Shown here in pieces: positions 16,372 through 26,132 of a stretch of DNA of 64,000 nucleotides (position 1 is its first letter; the number at the start of each line of letters is the position of its first letter). Source of the DNA: Bacteroidia bacterium (GTDB taxonomy: Bacteria > Bacteroidota > Bacteroidia > UBA8524); the NCBI GenBank assembly GCA_965222995.1, contig OZ244977.1:384152-448151 (forward strand). Reading direction: 5' to 3'. The position numbers were made by a program, and so were the translations under genes. Below the pieces are notes generated by a model. That model did not search any database. It had not been told where the DNA came from and saw only the letters and a list, made by a program, of their open reading frames with translations.

Positions 16372-18687
16372 CTACTTTATCAAAGAAACTCTTTGCACCG
16401 TATTAAACTCACTGCTATTACTAAGTGTAACAAAGTATACACCAGCCTTTTGTGTTTCTAGATATAAGGTATAGCTGGCGACATCATTTTGTAACGTACC
16501 TTGATAAATGTCTCTACCCAATATATCGGTAACATGTATGGTTAGCACACCACTATATTGTTGTAAATCACGGGTGATGGTAATTGCGCCTGTTGTAGGG
16601 TTGGGAAAGAGTTGAATGTTGAGTTTTTTTGTAATTGTTGGTATGCTGTTACTTTTCTTTCTGGTATTTAAGAAATTAATTCCACCCCTAAAATTCCCCA
16701 TCATAAGAATGGGTCTTGCATTTGTGCTATCGCTAAGCAAAGGTGCAGCAGGGATAATTCTTGAGCCAAAGTCAATCCCGTCAAATTTTTCGGTAATATC
16801 ATTTAACACAAACTCTTTAGTTTCTATAAAAGAGTCGTTAATGTTCTTAATATCTGAATATAACCAAAGTTTTCCGCTTTCAGCACCTACCACTAAATCC
16901 CAGTTGCCGTTATTATCCAAATCAGCAAAATAAGGGGCAGCAAACCCCGTAGTAGAGTATTGCAAGGTTGAATCTTCTATTTCGGCCGTAGTGTCATTTA
17001 ATTTATATTGCCAAAACGGTTCTGCTACAAGCACTTTACCTAATGAATCTATGGTTGGAGTGCTTGAAAACTGTGGAGAAGTGGCAGTACCGGTATTTTT
17101 ATAAAAGGCTAAAAATCCGTTTCCTTTTCCTATTACTAAATCTATAAGGTTATCCTTATCCAAGTCTACCAGCTGTGGTACGGCAGCAGTACCCACATCT
17201 ATGTCCATATATTTTTTTACAGGGGCAGCAAACGATAAACTATTAGTAATTGAATTGTTTTGATAATAATATAGTTGTCCTTCTGCATTGCCAATTACCA
17301 TATCCTGCTTCCCATCATCATTCAAATCTCCAAAAGTGGGCTTTAAATCACGGATACTGTCTTTTATTAAATCTAAATAGTCAAACACATTATCATGAGT
17401 GAATTCAGCGTTGGTTTTGCCTCCGGTATTTTTAAAAAGTGAAATTCTATCAGCTTTGTTAAATGTTTCAGTAAACTCACCCCTGTGTGCTACCAGCATA
17501 TCCAAATCACCATCACCGTCAGCATCTACAAATCTTGGTGTTACGCCTGAGCCGAAATCTAAAGTCAGTTCTTGTAAAAAATTGGTTCTTTCAATTACAA
17601 AGTCAGGCTTAATATTGGTGCCATTATTCTTATAAAGCCAAATTTGCTTTTTGTTTTTCACACCAGCATCGGCATTGGGGGCAACCACTAAATCTTTGGC
17701 GTTTGAACCAATATTAGCATCAATATAAAATGCTGCGGGGAATGTTGATATATCTATAGGGTTTAGCTTGGGAAAAACAGTATCGTACTGCACAATTGAA
17801 TCAATTGGATGCGAAAAATCGCTTTTGCCGTTATACAACAAGGTTAGTTCATCGTAGGTAGCATCCCCTAATAGTAAATCTTTGTCATTATCATCATCTA
17901 CATCAAGCAATAACATGGTAGAGCCTGCATGCACTGCCGAAGTATAGTACCTGCCACTAAAACAAGGGACACCCAAAGTTATTGAACGGTCTTGGTTGCT
18001 TTCACTAAAGCCTCCCCAACAACCGTCATAAAACCTAAATGTTAAACTGTCAAGCGGGTAACCCTTTTCTTTTGCTTCATTACCATATAAAGTAATGAGT
18101 GTGGTTGACGAGTTGAACGATAAGATATCTAAATCACCATCGCCGTCAACATCATCAATAGCTGAAATATCATCAGCAATCCAAAAAATGGGTGCTTCAG
18201 GTAATGCAGGATCATTTTGGTCTGCTGTTAATTCTTTTTCAACCAGTTGAAACTTTGGGATGCCTCCCGTAGATATATTTTTGTATACTGCTACTGCTTG
18301 CGGATGGAAATAGGCATCAGCAGCAGTAAAAATATCTTCTTTTCCATCGCCGTTATAATCTGCCAATAATGCCCATGAATGCATATTGGGGAAAGCAAAT
18401 TCATACCCGGGAGCATAAATCCAATTTGAACCTTGTCCATTGGGATGTAGAAAAGTTAGTACCTTGTTGCTAGACCTATCAAAAACAAAAAGGTCTTTCT
18501 TTCCATCTGCATCTAAGTCTATATTAGAAAACTGCGGCGAAATGAAACCACCTACAAAGGGATATGGTATAGTATTATTTGAAGCACTATTAAATACAAG
18601 GGAATTATTTAAAAAATACCTAGGGCTTTGTGCTGATGCAATTAATACAATACTTAAGAAGCTAAGTAGTAAAAATAATTTTTTCAT
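16372..18687 (-). CDS. FG-GAP/VCBS-repeat beta-propeller protein with T9SS CTD (paralog A)
   Basis: Repeated D.DGDGD.DL Ca-binding motifs and LFPNP CTD. Confidence 0.88.
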   Translation of the reverse strand: MKKLFLLLSFLSIVLIASAQSPRYFLNNSLVFNSASNNTIPYPFVGGFISPQFSNIDLDADGKKDLFVFDRSSNKVLTFLHPNGQGSNWIYAPGYEFAFPNMHSWALLADYNGDGKEDIFTAADAYFHPQAVAVYKNISTGGIPKFQLVEKELTADQNDPALPEAPIFWIADDISAIDDVDGDGDLDILSFNSSTTLITLYGNEAKEKGYPLDSLTFRFYDGCWGGFSESNQDRSITLGVPCFSGRYYTSAVHAGSTMLLLDVDDDNDKDLLLGDATYDELTLLYNGKSDFSHPIDSIVQYDTVFPKLNPIDISTFPAAFYIDANIGSNAKDLVVAPNADAGVKNKKQIWLYKNNGTNIKPDFVIERTNFLQELTLDFGSGVTPRFVDADGDGDLDMLVAHRGEFTETFNKADRISLFKNTGGKTNAEFTHDNVFDYLDLIKDSIRDLKPTFGDLNDDGKQDMVIGNAEGQLYYYQNNSITNSLSFAAPVKKYMDIDVGTAAVPQLVDLDKDNLIDLVIGKGNGFLAFYKNTGTATSPQFSSTPTIDSLGKVLVAEPFWQYKLNDTTAEIEDSTLQYSTTGFAAPYFADLDNNGNWDLVVGAESGKLWLYSDIKNINDSFIETKEFVLNDITEKFDGIDFGSRIIPAAPLLSDSTNARPILMMGNFRGGINFLNTRKKSNSIPTITKKLNIQLFPNPTTGAITITRDLQQYSGVLTIHVTDILGRDIYQGTLQNDVASYTLYLETQKAGVYFVTLSNSSEFNTVQRVSLIK

Positions 18688-18718
18688 AGTTTCATAAACC
18701 TTTGTTGCGGGTGTGAGT

Positions 18719-21052
18719 TTACTTAATTAAAGAAACTCTCTCCACGGTTCTAAACTGTCTACCATCGCTAAGGGTAATATAATACACGCCTGCCATTTGG
18801 TTTTGTAGTGAAAGGGTGTAATTGCTAATCCCTTCTTGTAATGTTCCGTAATAAACTTCACGCCCAAGAATATCATTAATGTGAATTACCAACTCACCAT
18901 CGTATTGCTGTAAATCTCGGGTTATATTTACCATGCCCTTAGTAGGGTTTGGGAATATATTGACGGCAAGTTCTTCAACAATTTCAGGTACGCTTATAGA
19001 TAATTTGGTTGAATCTCTTTCAGCATTTAAAAAGTTTAAACCACCTCTAAAGTTACCAATCAAAATTACGGGTATTGCATCTGCACTATCACTTAGTAAT
19101 GCTGCCTCGGGCAGCACTCTAAATCCAAAGTCTATTCCTCCAAACTCTTTGCTTAAGTTATCGTACACAAATGTATCTATCTCTACAAAAGAGCCATTCA
19201 GGTTGTTATCAATATTCTCAAACAACCATATTTTTCCGTTTTGGCTACCCAAAATCAATTCACGCTCACCATCTTTGTCAAGGTCGCCAATATAAGGCGC
19301 CGCAAAGCCACTAAAATCATAAGTTTTAACAGAGTCTATAATCTCACCTGTAACATTGTGTAATACATAGTACCAGTAAAAATCATTCACATATACATTC
19401 CCCAGTGTATCAATTGTTGGTAGAGAATCGAATTGAGGTGCAGTTTTAGTGCCCTTATTCTTATAAAAGTTTATAAAACCACCACCAGTGCCTATAACCA
19501 AATCAAGTAGGTCATCATCATCCAAATCTATAATTTGGGGTGCGGCACTAAACCCCACATCAATACGCATATAGTCTTTAACCGGCGATGCAAAAGATAA
19601 ATTACCTGTAGTATTATTTTGATAATAGTGTAGTCGTCCGTCAGCATCGCCAATTAGCATATCCTGTTTTCCGTCTCCGTTTAAGTCTCCAAAAGCAGGT
19701 TTCATATCGCGGATACTGTCTTTTATTAAGCCCAGATAATCAAATGTATTATCCTGCGTAAACTCAGCATTGGTTTTATCACCTGTATTTTTAAAAAGCG
19801 TTATTCTATCAGCTTTGTTAAAAGACTCTCTAAACTCACCCCTGTGTGCTACCAAAAGGTCTAAATCTCCATCGGCATCTACATCTAAAAATCTTGGTGT
19901 GGCTCCAGAGCCAAAGTCAATTGTCCATTCTTGTAAAAAGTTAGTTTTTTGTAGTGCGAAAATCGGTTTAGTGTTAGAGCCATTATTTCTATACAACCAT
20001 ATTTGGTTGGTATTTTTTCCGCCGGCACCTATGTTAGGTGCCACTATTAAATCTTTTGAAGCAAAACCGGTATTAGCATCTACATAATAAGCAGCGGGGA
20101 AATTATAAATTTTAGCTTTTGTAGTGCCTGTAACGGGGAAAACTGTGTCGTATGCAATCATAGAGTCATACGGCCAGTTCATATCACTTTTACCGTTGTA
20201 TACAATAGATAACTCATCAAACGATGCGTCGCCCAATATTAAATCTTTGTCGTTATCGTCATCAACATCAATCAGCAACATGGTAGAGCCTGCATGTGCC
20301 CCTGCTTTGTAATATCGCCCACCAAAACAAGGTACACCCAAAGTAATTGAACGATCTGTAAAACTTTCTCTAAAACCGCCCCAACATTCATCGTAGGTTC
20401 TAAATGTTAAGCTGTCTAAAGAATAGCCTTTCTCAACAGCCTCATTGCCATACAGGGTAATTGATGCCGCCGAAGCATCAAAAGATAAAATATCTAAATC
20501 TCCGTCTCCATCAACATCATCAATGGCTGAAATATCATCTCTAATCCAATATACAGGGGCTTCAGGAAGTCCTTGAATATTTTGTTCGGCAGTAAGTTCA
20601 GCCGCTACCAATTGAAACTTTACATTATTACCAACTGAAACATTTTTGTAAACTGCTATTGCTTGCGGATATAAATTAGCATCAGCAGCAGTGAAAATAT
20701 CTTCTTTTCCATCACCATTATAATCTGCCAATAACGCCCATGAATGCATTGAAGGGAATCCCATTTCATAGTCAGGGGCATAAACCCAATTGGTCATTGG
20801 ACCTTGTGCATTTAAAAAAGTTAATACTTTGTTTGTAGCTCTATCAAAAACAAAAAGGTCTTTTTTGCCATCACCATTTAAATCAATATTTGAAAATTGA
20901 GGAGATATAAAGCCCCCCATAAACGGATAAGGAATGGTAGAGTTATTAGCTCTTTTAAATGTAAGAGAATTATCTAAAAAGTACTTAGGGCTTTGTGCAA
21001 ATGAGAAAATATAGCAAGCCACTAAGGCAAACAAAAGTGTAAGCTTTTTCAT
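18719..21052 (-). CDS. FG-GAP/VCBS-repeat beta-propeller protein with T9SS CTD (paralog B)
   Basis: Same architecture, collinear with the neighbour from end to end. Confidence 0.88.
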   Translation of the reverse strand: MKKLTLLFALVACYIFSFAQSPKYFLDNSLTFKRANNSTIPYPFMGGFISPQFSNIDLNGDGKKDLFVFDRATNKVLTFLNAQGPMTNWVYAPDYEMGFPSMHSWALLADYNGDGKEDIFTAADANLYPQAIAVYKNVSVGNNVKFQLVAAELTAEQNIQGLPEAPVYWIRDDISAIDDVDGDGDLDILSFDASAASITLYGNEAVEKGYSLDSLTFRTYDECWGGFRESFTDRSITLGVPCFGGRYYKAGAHAGSTMLLIDVDDDNDKDLILGDASFDELSIVYNGKSDMNWPYDSMIAYDTVFPVTGTTKAKIYNFPAAYYVDANTGFASKDLIVAPNIGAGGKNTNQIWLYRNNGSNTKPIFALQKTNFLQEWTIDFGSGATPRFLDVDADGDLDLLVAHRGEFRESFNKADRITLFKNTGDKTNAEFTQDNTFDYLGLIKDSIRDMKPAFGDLNGDGKQDMLIGDADGRLHYYQNNTTGNLSFASPVKDYMRIDVGFSAAPQIIDLDDDDLLDLVIGTGGGFINFYKNKGTKTAPQFDSLPTIDTLGNVYVNDFYWYYVLHNVTGEIIDSVKTYDFSGFAAPYIGDLDKDGERELILGSQNGKIWLFENIDNNLNGSFVEIDTFVYDNLSKEFGGIDFGFRVLPEAALLSDSADAIPVILIGNFRGGLNFLNAERDSTKLSISVPEIVEELAVNIFPNPTKGMVNITRDLQQYDGELVIHINDILGREVYYGTLQEGISNYTLSLQNQMAGVYYITLSDGRQFRTVERVSLIK

Positions 21053-21176
21053 GTAGTTTATAATCCGGATGTATATTTATAGAGTGTGATTTTTAATAAT
21101 ATGTTGCCCAAAATAACAAAAATAATAAGGGCAAAGTTTTTAAATCCATAAGAACTGCTAATCTTGCACAAGTAAT

Positions 21177-22496
21177 ATGCAACAATTATCATCCATAGAA
21201 CAATTGTATAGGTTATACAGCCAACAGTATAGGGTATGTACGGACACCAGAAATATATTGCCAAACAGCATTTTTTTTGCTTTAAAAGGAGCAAATTTTA
21301 ACGGGAATGCTTTTGCCGTGGAGGCACTAAATAAGGGTGCAGCGTATGCAATTGTTGATGAAGGTATAAATACTACTAATGATAGGGTTTTAAGAGTGCA
21401 AAACGTACTGCAAACTTTGCAGCAATTGGCAAATTATCACCGCAAGCAATTAAGTATTCCGTTTATAGCTATTGGGGGAAGTAATGGAAAAACCACCACC
21501 AAAGAGCTACTTAATTCTGTATTGAGTCAAAAATTTACAACCTATGCTACTAAGGGGAATTTAAACAATCATATAGGTGTACCGCTTACCTTGTTAGCTA
21601 TTAAACCCGATGTGGAAATGGCAATTATAGAAATGGGAACTAACCAACCCGGTGATATGGAAGAGCTTTGCAATATTGCCGAACCTGATTACGGTATAAC
21701 TACAAATATTGGTAAAGAGCATTTAGAAGGCTTTGGCAGCCTTGAAGGGGTTGCCAAAGAAGAAAGTGTACTCTATTTACATTTAATGAAAAATGGTGGG
21801 CTTGCTTTTGTAAATGCTAATGACGAGTGGCTTACCCGCATGGCATCTCGCTTAGAAAAGGTTTACAAATACGGCTATAATACCACTGATAAAAAAATAG
21901 TTAATGCTGATTATATAGGAGAGTTAATCACAGCCAATCCTTTTATAGAGTGTAAACTGCCAAATATTAATGAGAAAGTAAAAGCACAATTAAGCGGTGA
22001 GTTTAATTTCCAGAATATAATAGCAGCGGCTGCTATCGGTAATTATTTTGAAGTTGGAGGTGAGCAAATAAAAACAGGGATTGAAAGTTATGCCCCTACG
22101 AATAATCGTTCACAAGTAGTTGTAAAGGGTAGCAATACTTTATATATGGATTGTTACAATGCCAACCCCAGTAGTATGGAAGTAGCATTAAAAAACTTTG
22201 CCTCTTTTGAGCACAAAAATAAAATTGTGGTTTTGGGCGATATGTTTGAGTTGGGAGAATTTGCCGAAGCTGAGCACAAAGCCATAATGGAATTATGCAG
22301 AGAACTGGGTTTTGAGAATGTATACACTGTGGGAGAATTGTTTACCCCCTATGCTGATATAGTAAAAGCAAAAACCTTCAAAACCTCAACAGAGCTGGCA
22401 GAAAACTTTAAACAACACCCACTTAAAGATACTTATATACTATTCAAGGCTTCACGGGGCATAGCTTTAGAAAAAGCTGTTGAGGGAATTTCTTAA
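21177..22496 (+). CDS. murF: UDP-MurNAc-tripeptide--D-Ala-D-Ala ligase
   Basis: DTR, GSNGKTTTKE, GNLNNHIGVPLTL, DCYNANP, LGDMFELG, KASRG. Confidence 0.96.
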   Translation: MQQLSSIEQLYRLYSQQYRVCTDTRNILPNSIFFALKGANFNGNAFAVEALNKGAAYAIVDEGINTTNDRVLRVQNVLQTLQQLANYHRKQLSIPFIAIGGSNGKTTTKELLNSVLSQKFTTYATKGNLNNHIGVPLTLLAIKPDVEMAIIEMGTNQPGDMEELCNIAEPDYGITTNIGKEHLEGFGSLEGVAKEESVLYLHLMKNGGLAFVNANDEWLTRMASRLEKVYKYGYNTTDKKIVNADYIGELITANPFIECKLPNINEKVKAQLSGEFNFQNIIAAAAIGNYFEVGGEQIKTGIESYAPTNNRSQVVVKGSNTLYMDCYNANPSSMEVALKNFASFEHKNKIVVLGDMFELGEFAEAEHKAIMELCRELGFENVYTVGELFTPYADIVKAKTFKTSTELAENFKQHPLKDTYILFKASRGIALEKAVEGIS

Positions 22497-22503
22497 CCTG
22501 CCT

Positions 22504-22526
22504 AACATTTCACTTTTTGGCTACGT
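22504..22526 (+). promoter_or_regulatory. ECF-type promoter AAC-N17-CGT upstream of the desaturase-KSIII operon
   Basis: tAAC-atttcactttttggcta-CGTt. Confidence 0.5.
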
Positions 22527-22547
22527 TTTACTGTTAATGCAACTGAA

Positions 22548-22593
22548 TTGCAGTTTTTGCAAAACACAATACTCACGTATGCAAAAACTGCAA
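22548..22593. repeat. Perfect 14-bp inverted repeat (operator or hairpin)
   Basis: TTGCAGTTTTTGCA (22548-22561), 18-nt spacer, TGCAAAAACTGCAA (22580-22593). Confidence 0.8.
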
Positions 22594-22633
22594 ATTTAGC
22601 GTTGTAGCAAAGGATTATTTTTGCTTAATCTAG

Positions 22634-23353
22634 GTGGATTTAAAATTTAAAATTATTTACCAGTTGCCTTATTGGCAAATTACCTTATTAACCATTGGGT
22701 ATTTTTTACTGCTATATTTTGGTTTGGGATATGTTTTTAACAGCTGTTGTAAGTGGCTGTATAAAAAGAAGTGGATTAACAAAATTGAAGAGAAAGACCC
22801 TAACCCAACCCAAATTAAGAGAGAGATAAAAAACTCGATAATATCCATACTTGTATTTGGATTTTCAGGGTTGCCTATAGTTTATTTATTAAGGAAATCA
22901 TATATAACTGTTATTCCTGATACTTTTTTAAATGTAGTAGTGGGTTTGGTTATTCTAACGTTGTGGAATGAAGTGCACTTTTTCATTATCCATCGATTGT
23001 TACACACACCTTACCTGATGAGAAAAGTACATTTTAAGCATCATGCCTCAACAACACCTACAATTTATAGTATTTATAGCTTCCATTGGTTTGAAGCACT
23101 ACTATTAAGCACTGTTCCCTTAAGTGTTTTGTGGATGGGGAGTTTTCCAATAATGGCTTTCGCTTTGTTCCCCATAGTAAGTATACTTTTAAATTTTGCA
23201 GGACACTGTAATTACCGGTTCGGAAATGGCAAAGGCAATGCTTTAAGTCTTTTTGCTACACGCCATAATGAGCACCATACCAAAAGAGCTAAAAACTATG
23301 GTTTTGCTCTGTTTCTGCTAGATAAACTGAATAAAAAAATTAACAAACTATGA
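22634..23353 (+). CDS. Sterol desaturase / fatty-acid hydroxylase superfamily membrane enzyme
   Basis: His boxes HRLLH, HFKHH, GHCN, HNEHH and NYG, with TM helices. TATTTTTG -7 box at 22616-22623. Confidence 0.9.
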   Translation: MDLKFKIIYQLPYWQITLLTIGYFLLLYFGLGYVFNSCCKWLYKKKWINKIEEKDPNPTQIKREIKNSIISILVFGFSGLPIVYLLRKSYITVIPDTFLNVVVGLVILTLWNEVHFFIIHRLLHTPYLMRKVHFKHHASTTPTIYSIYSFHWFEALLLSTVPLSVLWMGSFPIMAFALFPIVSILLNFAGHCNYRFGNGKGNALSLFATRHNEHHTKRAKNYGFALFLLDKLNKKINKL

Positions 23354-25197
23354 ATAATGTATATATAAATGCTATCGGAGCCTTTTTGCCCGGGGACCCA
23401 ATTGATAATGAAGCTATTGAGCAACATTTGGGTAGGGTACATAATAAACCCAGTTCTTTAAAAAACAGAATCTTAAAGCAAAACGGCATTAAAACCAGAT
23501 ATTATGCTTTAGATAATAAACAACAAAGCAAGTACAGCAATGCTTCCCTTGCTGCCAACGCAGCCAAAAATGCCATTGAAAAAAGCAAGCTTTCACTAAA
23601 AGATATTGAACTTTTGGCTACAGGCACTACACAAGGAGATTTACCTGTGCCCGGTTTTGCCAGTATGGTGCATGCACAATTAAGCATTCCCCAATGTGAA
23701 GTGGCAAGTTTTCAAAGTGTATGTTCAAGCGGTATAATGGCAATAAAAGATGCCTACTCGCAAATCAGGATGGGGGAAAAGCAAAATGCTTTGTGTATTG
23801 GTAGTGAGTTTGCCAGCAGAATGTTTAAAAGCAGTCGTTTTGAAGGGCAAAAAGCAGAGGCTTTGCCTTTTGATACTGAATTTTTGCGCTGGATGCTTAG
23901 CGATGGTGCAGGGGCTTTAGTATTGGAGAATAAAAAGCGGGATGGTAGTTTATCACTAAAAATTGATTGGGTAGATTTACGTTCGCACGCCAATGATTTT
24001 CCTTTGTGCATGTATACGGGGAAGAATGATAACAAAAACGAAAATGAACAAACTTGGCTGGATTACCCTGATTATGAAACAGCAGCAAAGGCAGGAGCAA
24101 TCAACCTGAAACAAGATGTGCGATTACTTAATGATGTGATAAAAACAGGTGTAGCACATTTTTTTGAATTGATTGACAAAGGAAAAATTGAAGTAGACAA
24201 TATAGATTGGTTGTGTTGCCATTACTCATCAGAGTATTTTAAAAAACCTATTCAAGAATTATTAATTAAAGGAGGAGCTAATATTCCAGAAGAAAAATGG
24301 TTTAGCAACCTTACTATAAAAGGTAATACAGGGGCAGCATCTATATTTATTATGCTTGAAGAATTATTCTATTCAGGCAAATTAAAAGAAGGCGATACTA
24401 TTTTATGTATGGTTCCCGAGAGTGGCAGGTTTATTACCTCATTTATGCAACTTACCGCTGAAGGAGCTACCCAAAAAAACAATAAATATGCTATACGGCA
24501 ACCCGAAGCCCCCGAACTGAATATTGAAAAACGACCCCAAGCCGAATGGTTGGTGAGACAGCTTACCCAAATATGGATTGCCTTTGAGACCGACCTGTTG
24601 AAAGTACCTATTATAAAGAAGATACATGACGGGCAACTTTCTATAGAAGACTATAAGCTGTTGCTGATTGATTTAAGGCAACAGGTTATTGATGGTTCAC
24701 AATGGATAGCTCGAGCAGCTTCAAATATTGATATTAAGTTGTTTGATTTGCGTTCGGCATTTATAAAACATACAGCTACAGAACACAAAGACTACCAAAT
24801 GCTAGAGAAAAACTTTGTAGCTCTGGGCGAGAATTTGGCAACAATACAAAGTGGTGAAAAAAATATAGGTAGTGCAGCACTTTCATCATTTATGTTTCAG
24901 CAAGCCAGTAAGCCTAACCCTGTTGATTTACTGGGTTCAATGTTTATTATAGAAGGTATAGGGAAACGGTTGGCTGCCTTTTGGGGTAATATGATTAAAG
25001 AACAATTGAAATTAACTAAGGAGCAAGTTTCGTTTTTTACCTACCATGGTGAAGCCGATGAACACCATTTTCATAATTTAGAGCAAGCACTTAACCATCC
25101 TAAATTAACCATGGATATTGCTAAACAGATAGCAAAGACGGCAAAAACAACAGCGAAACTTTGGAAGATGCAGTTAGAAGAATTGGGTAATTATTAA
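23350..25197 (+). CDS. DarB/StlD-type beta-ketoacyl synthase III fused to a C-terminal heme-oxygenase-like diiron (iron-containing redox enzyme) domain
   Basis: KSIII triad Cys (SVCSSG), His (CHYSS), Asn (GNTGAAS), and DarB-like FLRWMLSDGAGA and VPESGRF. The C-terminal ~230 aa carry EHKD, IIEG and HGEADEHH ligand motifs. Confidence 0.85.
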   Translation: MNNVYINAIGAFLPGDPIDNEAIEQHLGRVHNKPSSLKNRILKQNGIKTRYYALDNKQQSKYSNASLAANAAKNAIEKSKLSLKDIELLATGTTQGDLPVPGFASMVHAQLSIPQCEVASFQSVCSSGIMAIKDAYSQIRMGEKQNALCIGSEFASRMFKSSRFEGQKAEALPFDTEFLRWMLSDGAGALVLENKKRDGSLSLKIDWVDLRSHANDFPLCMYTGKNDNKNENEQTWLDYPDYETAAKAGAINLKQDVRLLNDVIKTGVAHFFELIDKGKIEVDNIDWLCCHYSSEYFKKPIQELLIKGGANIPEEKWFSNLTIKGNTGAASIFIMLEELFYSGKLKEGDTILCMVPESGRFITSFMQLTAEGATQKNNKYAIRQPEAPELNIEKRPQAEWLVRQLTQIWIAFETDLLKVPIIKKIHDGQLSIEDYKLLLIDLRQQVIDGSQWIARAASNIDIKLFDLRSAFIKHTATEHKDYQMLEKNFVALGENLATIQSGEKNIGSAALSSFMFQQASKPNPVDLLGSMFIIEGIGKRLAAFWGNMIKEQLKLTKEQVSFFTYHGEADEHHFHNLEQALNHPKLTMDIAKQIAKTAKTTAKLWKMQLEELGNY

Positions 25198-25217
25198 AAG
25201 CTAAAAAGTGTAATGCA

Positions 25218-26132
25218 ATGACAAAAGATTTTTTAAATATAGAAAAGCACGATAACCGAGACCCTAACCCTTGGTTGGCTATGTATTTGGATAATAGTAT
25301 CCCTTTTAATAAAGATACTAAAGAGGCTTTAATGCGAGATAACAACTCACGCTCAACAAAATACCTGTTGCCCTTTATAAGCCTATGGTCTAAAATAACT
25401 ATGTTCTTTATTCATGTTTTAAAGTTCTTTTTCCCAAAGCTTATTGATTCATCAAAAACATTGCATAGGATTTTGGCTTGGGGGCTAAAGCGGTTTGTTA
25501 GCCCTGATGCTAATTTGCTTATTTTCAGGCATTTTCATGTAGGTAGTGAAATACTGCAGTTTATAGCAAAAAATATTGATGGTGTTGATATACCCACAAG
25601 CCCTATTAAGCCTAAAAATTTTCAGGATGTAAAAGATGATATTTTTTTAAAGCACGATTTAAACCTATACAACTTTGTAATTAACCTAAACAAACAATTG
25701 GCTGATAACAAAGTGGAACTGAAAGGGAAAGAAAACCTTAATTTAAGTATGATTACCGAGGGAAGGTTTGACCATATAGAATTCCCAAAAAAATGGACAA
25801 ACGTTCTAGACTTACGTTCAGCTATTGAATTATTTACTCCTTTTTATCAATTATTCCTTACTGCTAACGATTTTGTGCGTGCAACTAATTCATTACAACT
25901 GGATGAAACAATAGGTATTTATGCCTCTAAAATACTAAATAGTCCCGCACATTTAGGGCTTATAAATAACCGACATCCTATGGTCCCACTAAATACTTAT
26001 AGTGCCGCTTTTAGGTTGGTGTTGCATGGGCTGGCGGCTGAAACACTGCATGCTGTTTTAGTGAGTATTAAACAAAACAAAAACCGCGATGGTATTATAG
26101 TTAATGCAACGCTTAATAAACAAGATAATTAG
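25218..26132 (+). CDS. Conserved uncharacterised protein (DUF6999-like) of KSIII/redox-enzyme clusters
   Basis: DPNPWLAMYLD, RHFHVGSE, HDLNLYNF, NSLQLDET motifs. The family name is from memory, not searched. Confidence 0.6.
   Translation: MTKDFLNIEKHDNRDPNPWLAMYLDNSIPFNKDTKEALMRDNNSRSTKYLLPFISLWSKITMFFIHVLKFFFPKLIDSSKTLHRILAWGLKRFVSPDANLLIFRHFHVGSEILQFIAKNIDGVDIPTSPIKPKNFQDVKDDIFLKHDLNLYNFVINLNKQLADNKVELKGKENLNLSMITEGRFDHIEFPKKWTNVLDLRSAIELFTPFYQLFLTANDFVRATNSLQLDETIGIYASKILNSPAHLGLINNRHPMVPLNTYSAAFRLVLHGLAAETLHAVLVSIKQNKNRDGIIVNATLNKQDN

Noticed and set aside
23350-25197. Calling the KSIII operon a standard dialkylresorcinol/flexirubin (darAB) locus
   Set aside because: No DarA, ACP or aryl-polyene genes are adjacent, and DarB normally lacks the fused diiron domain.
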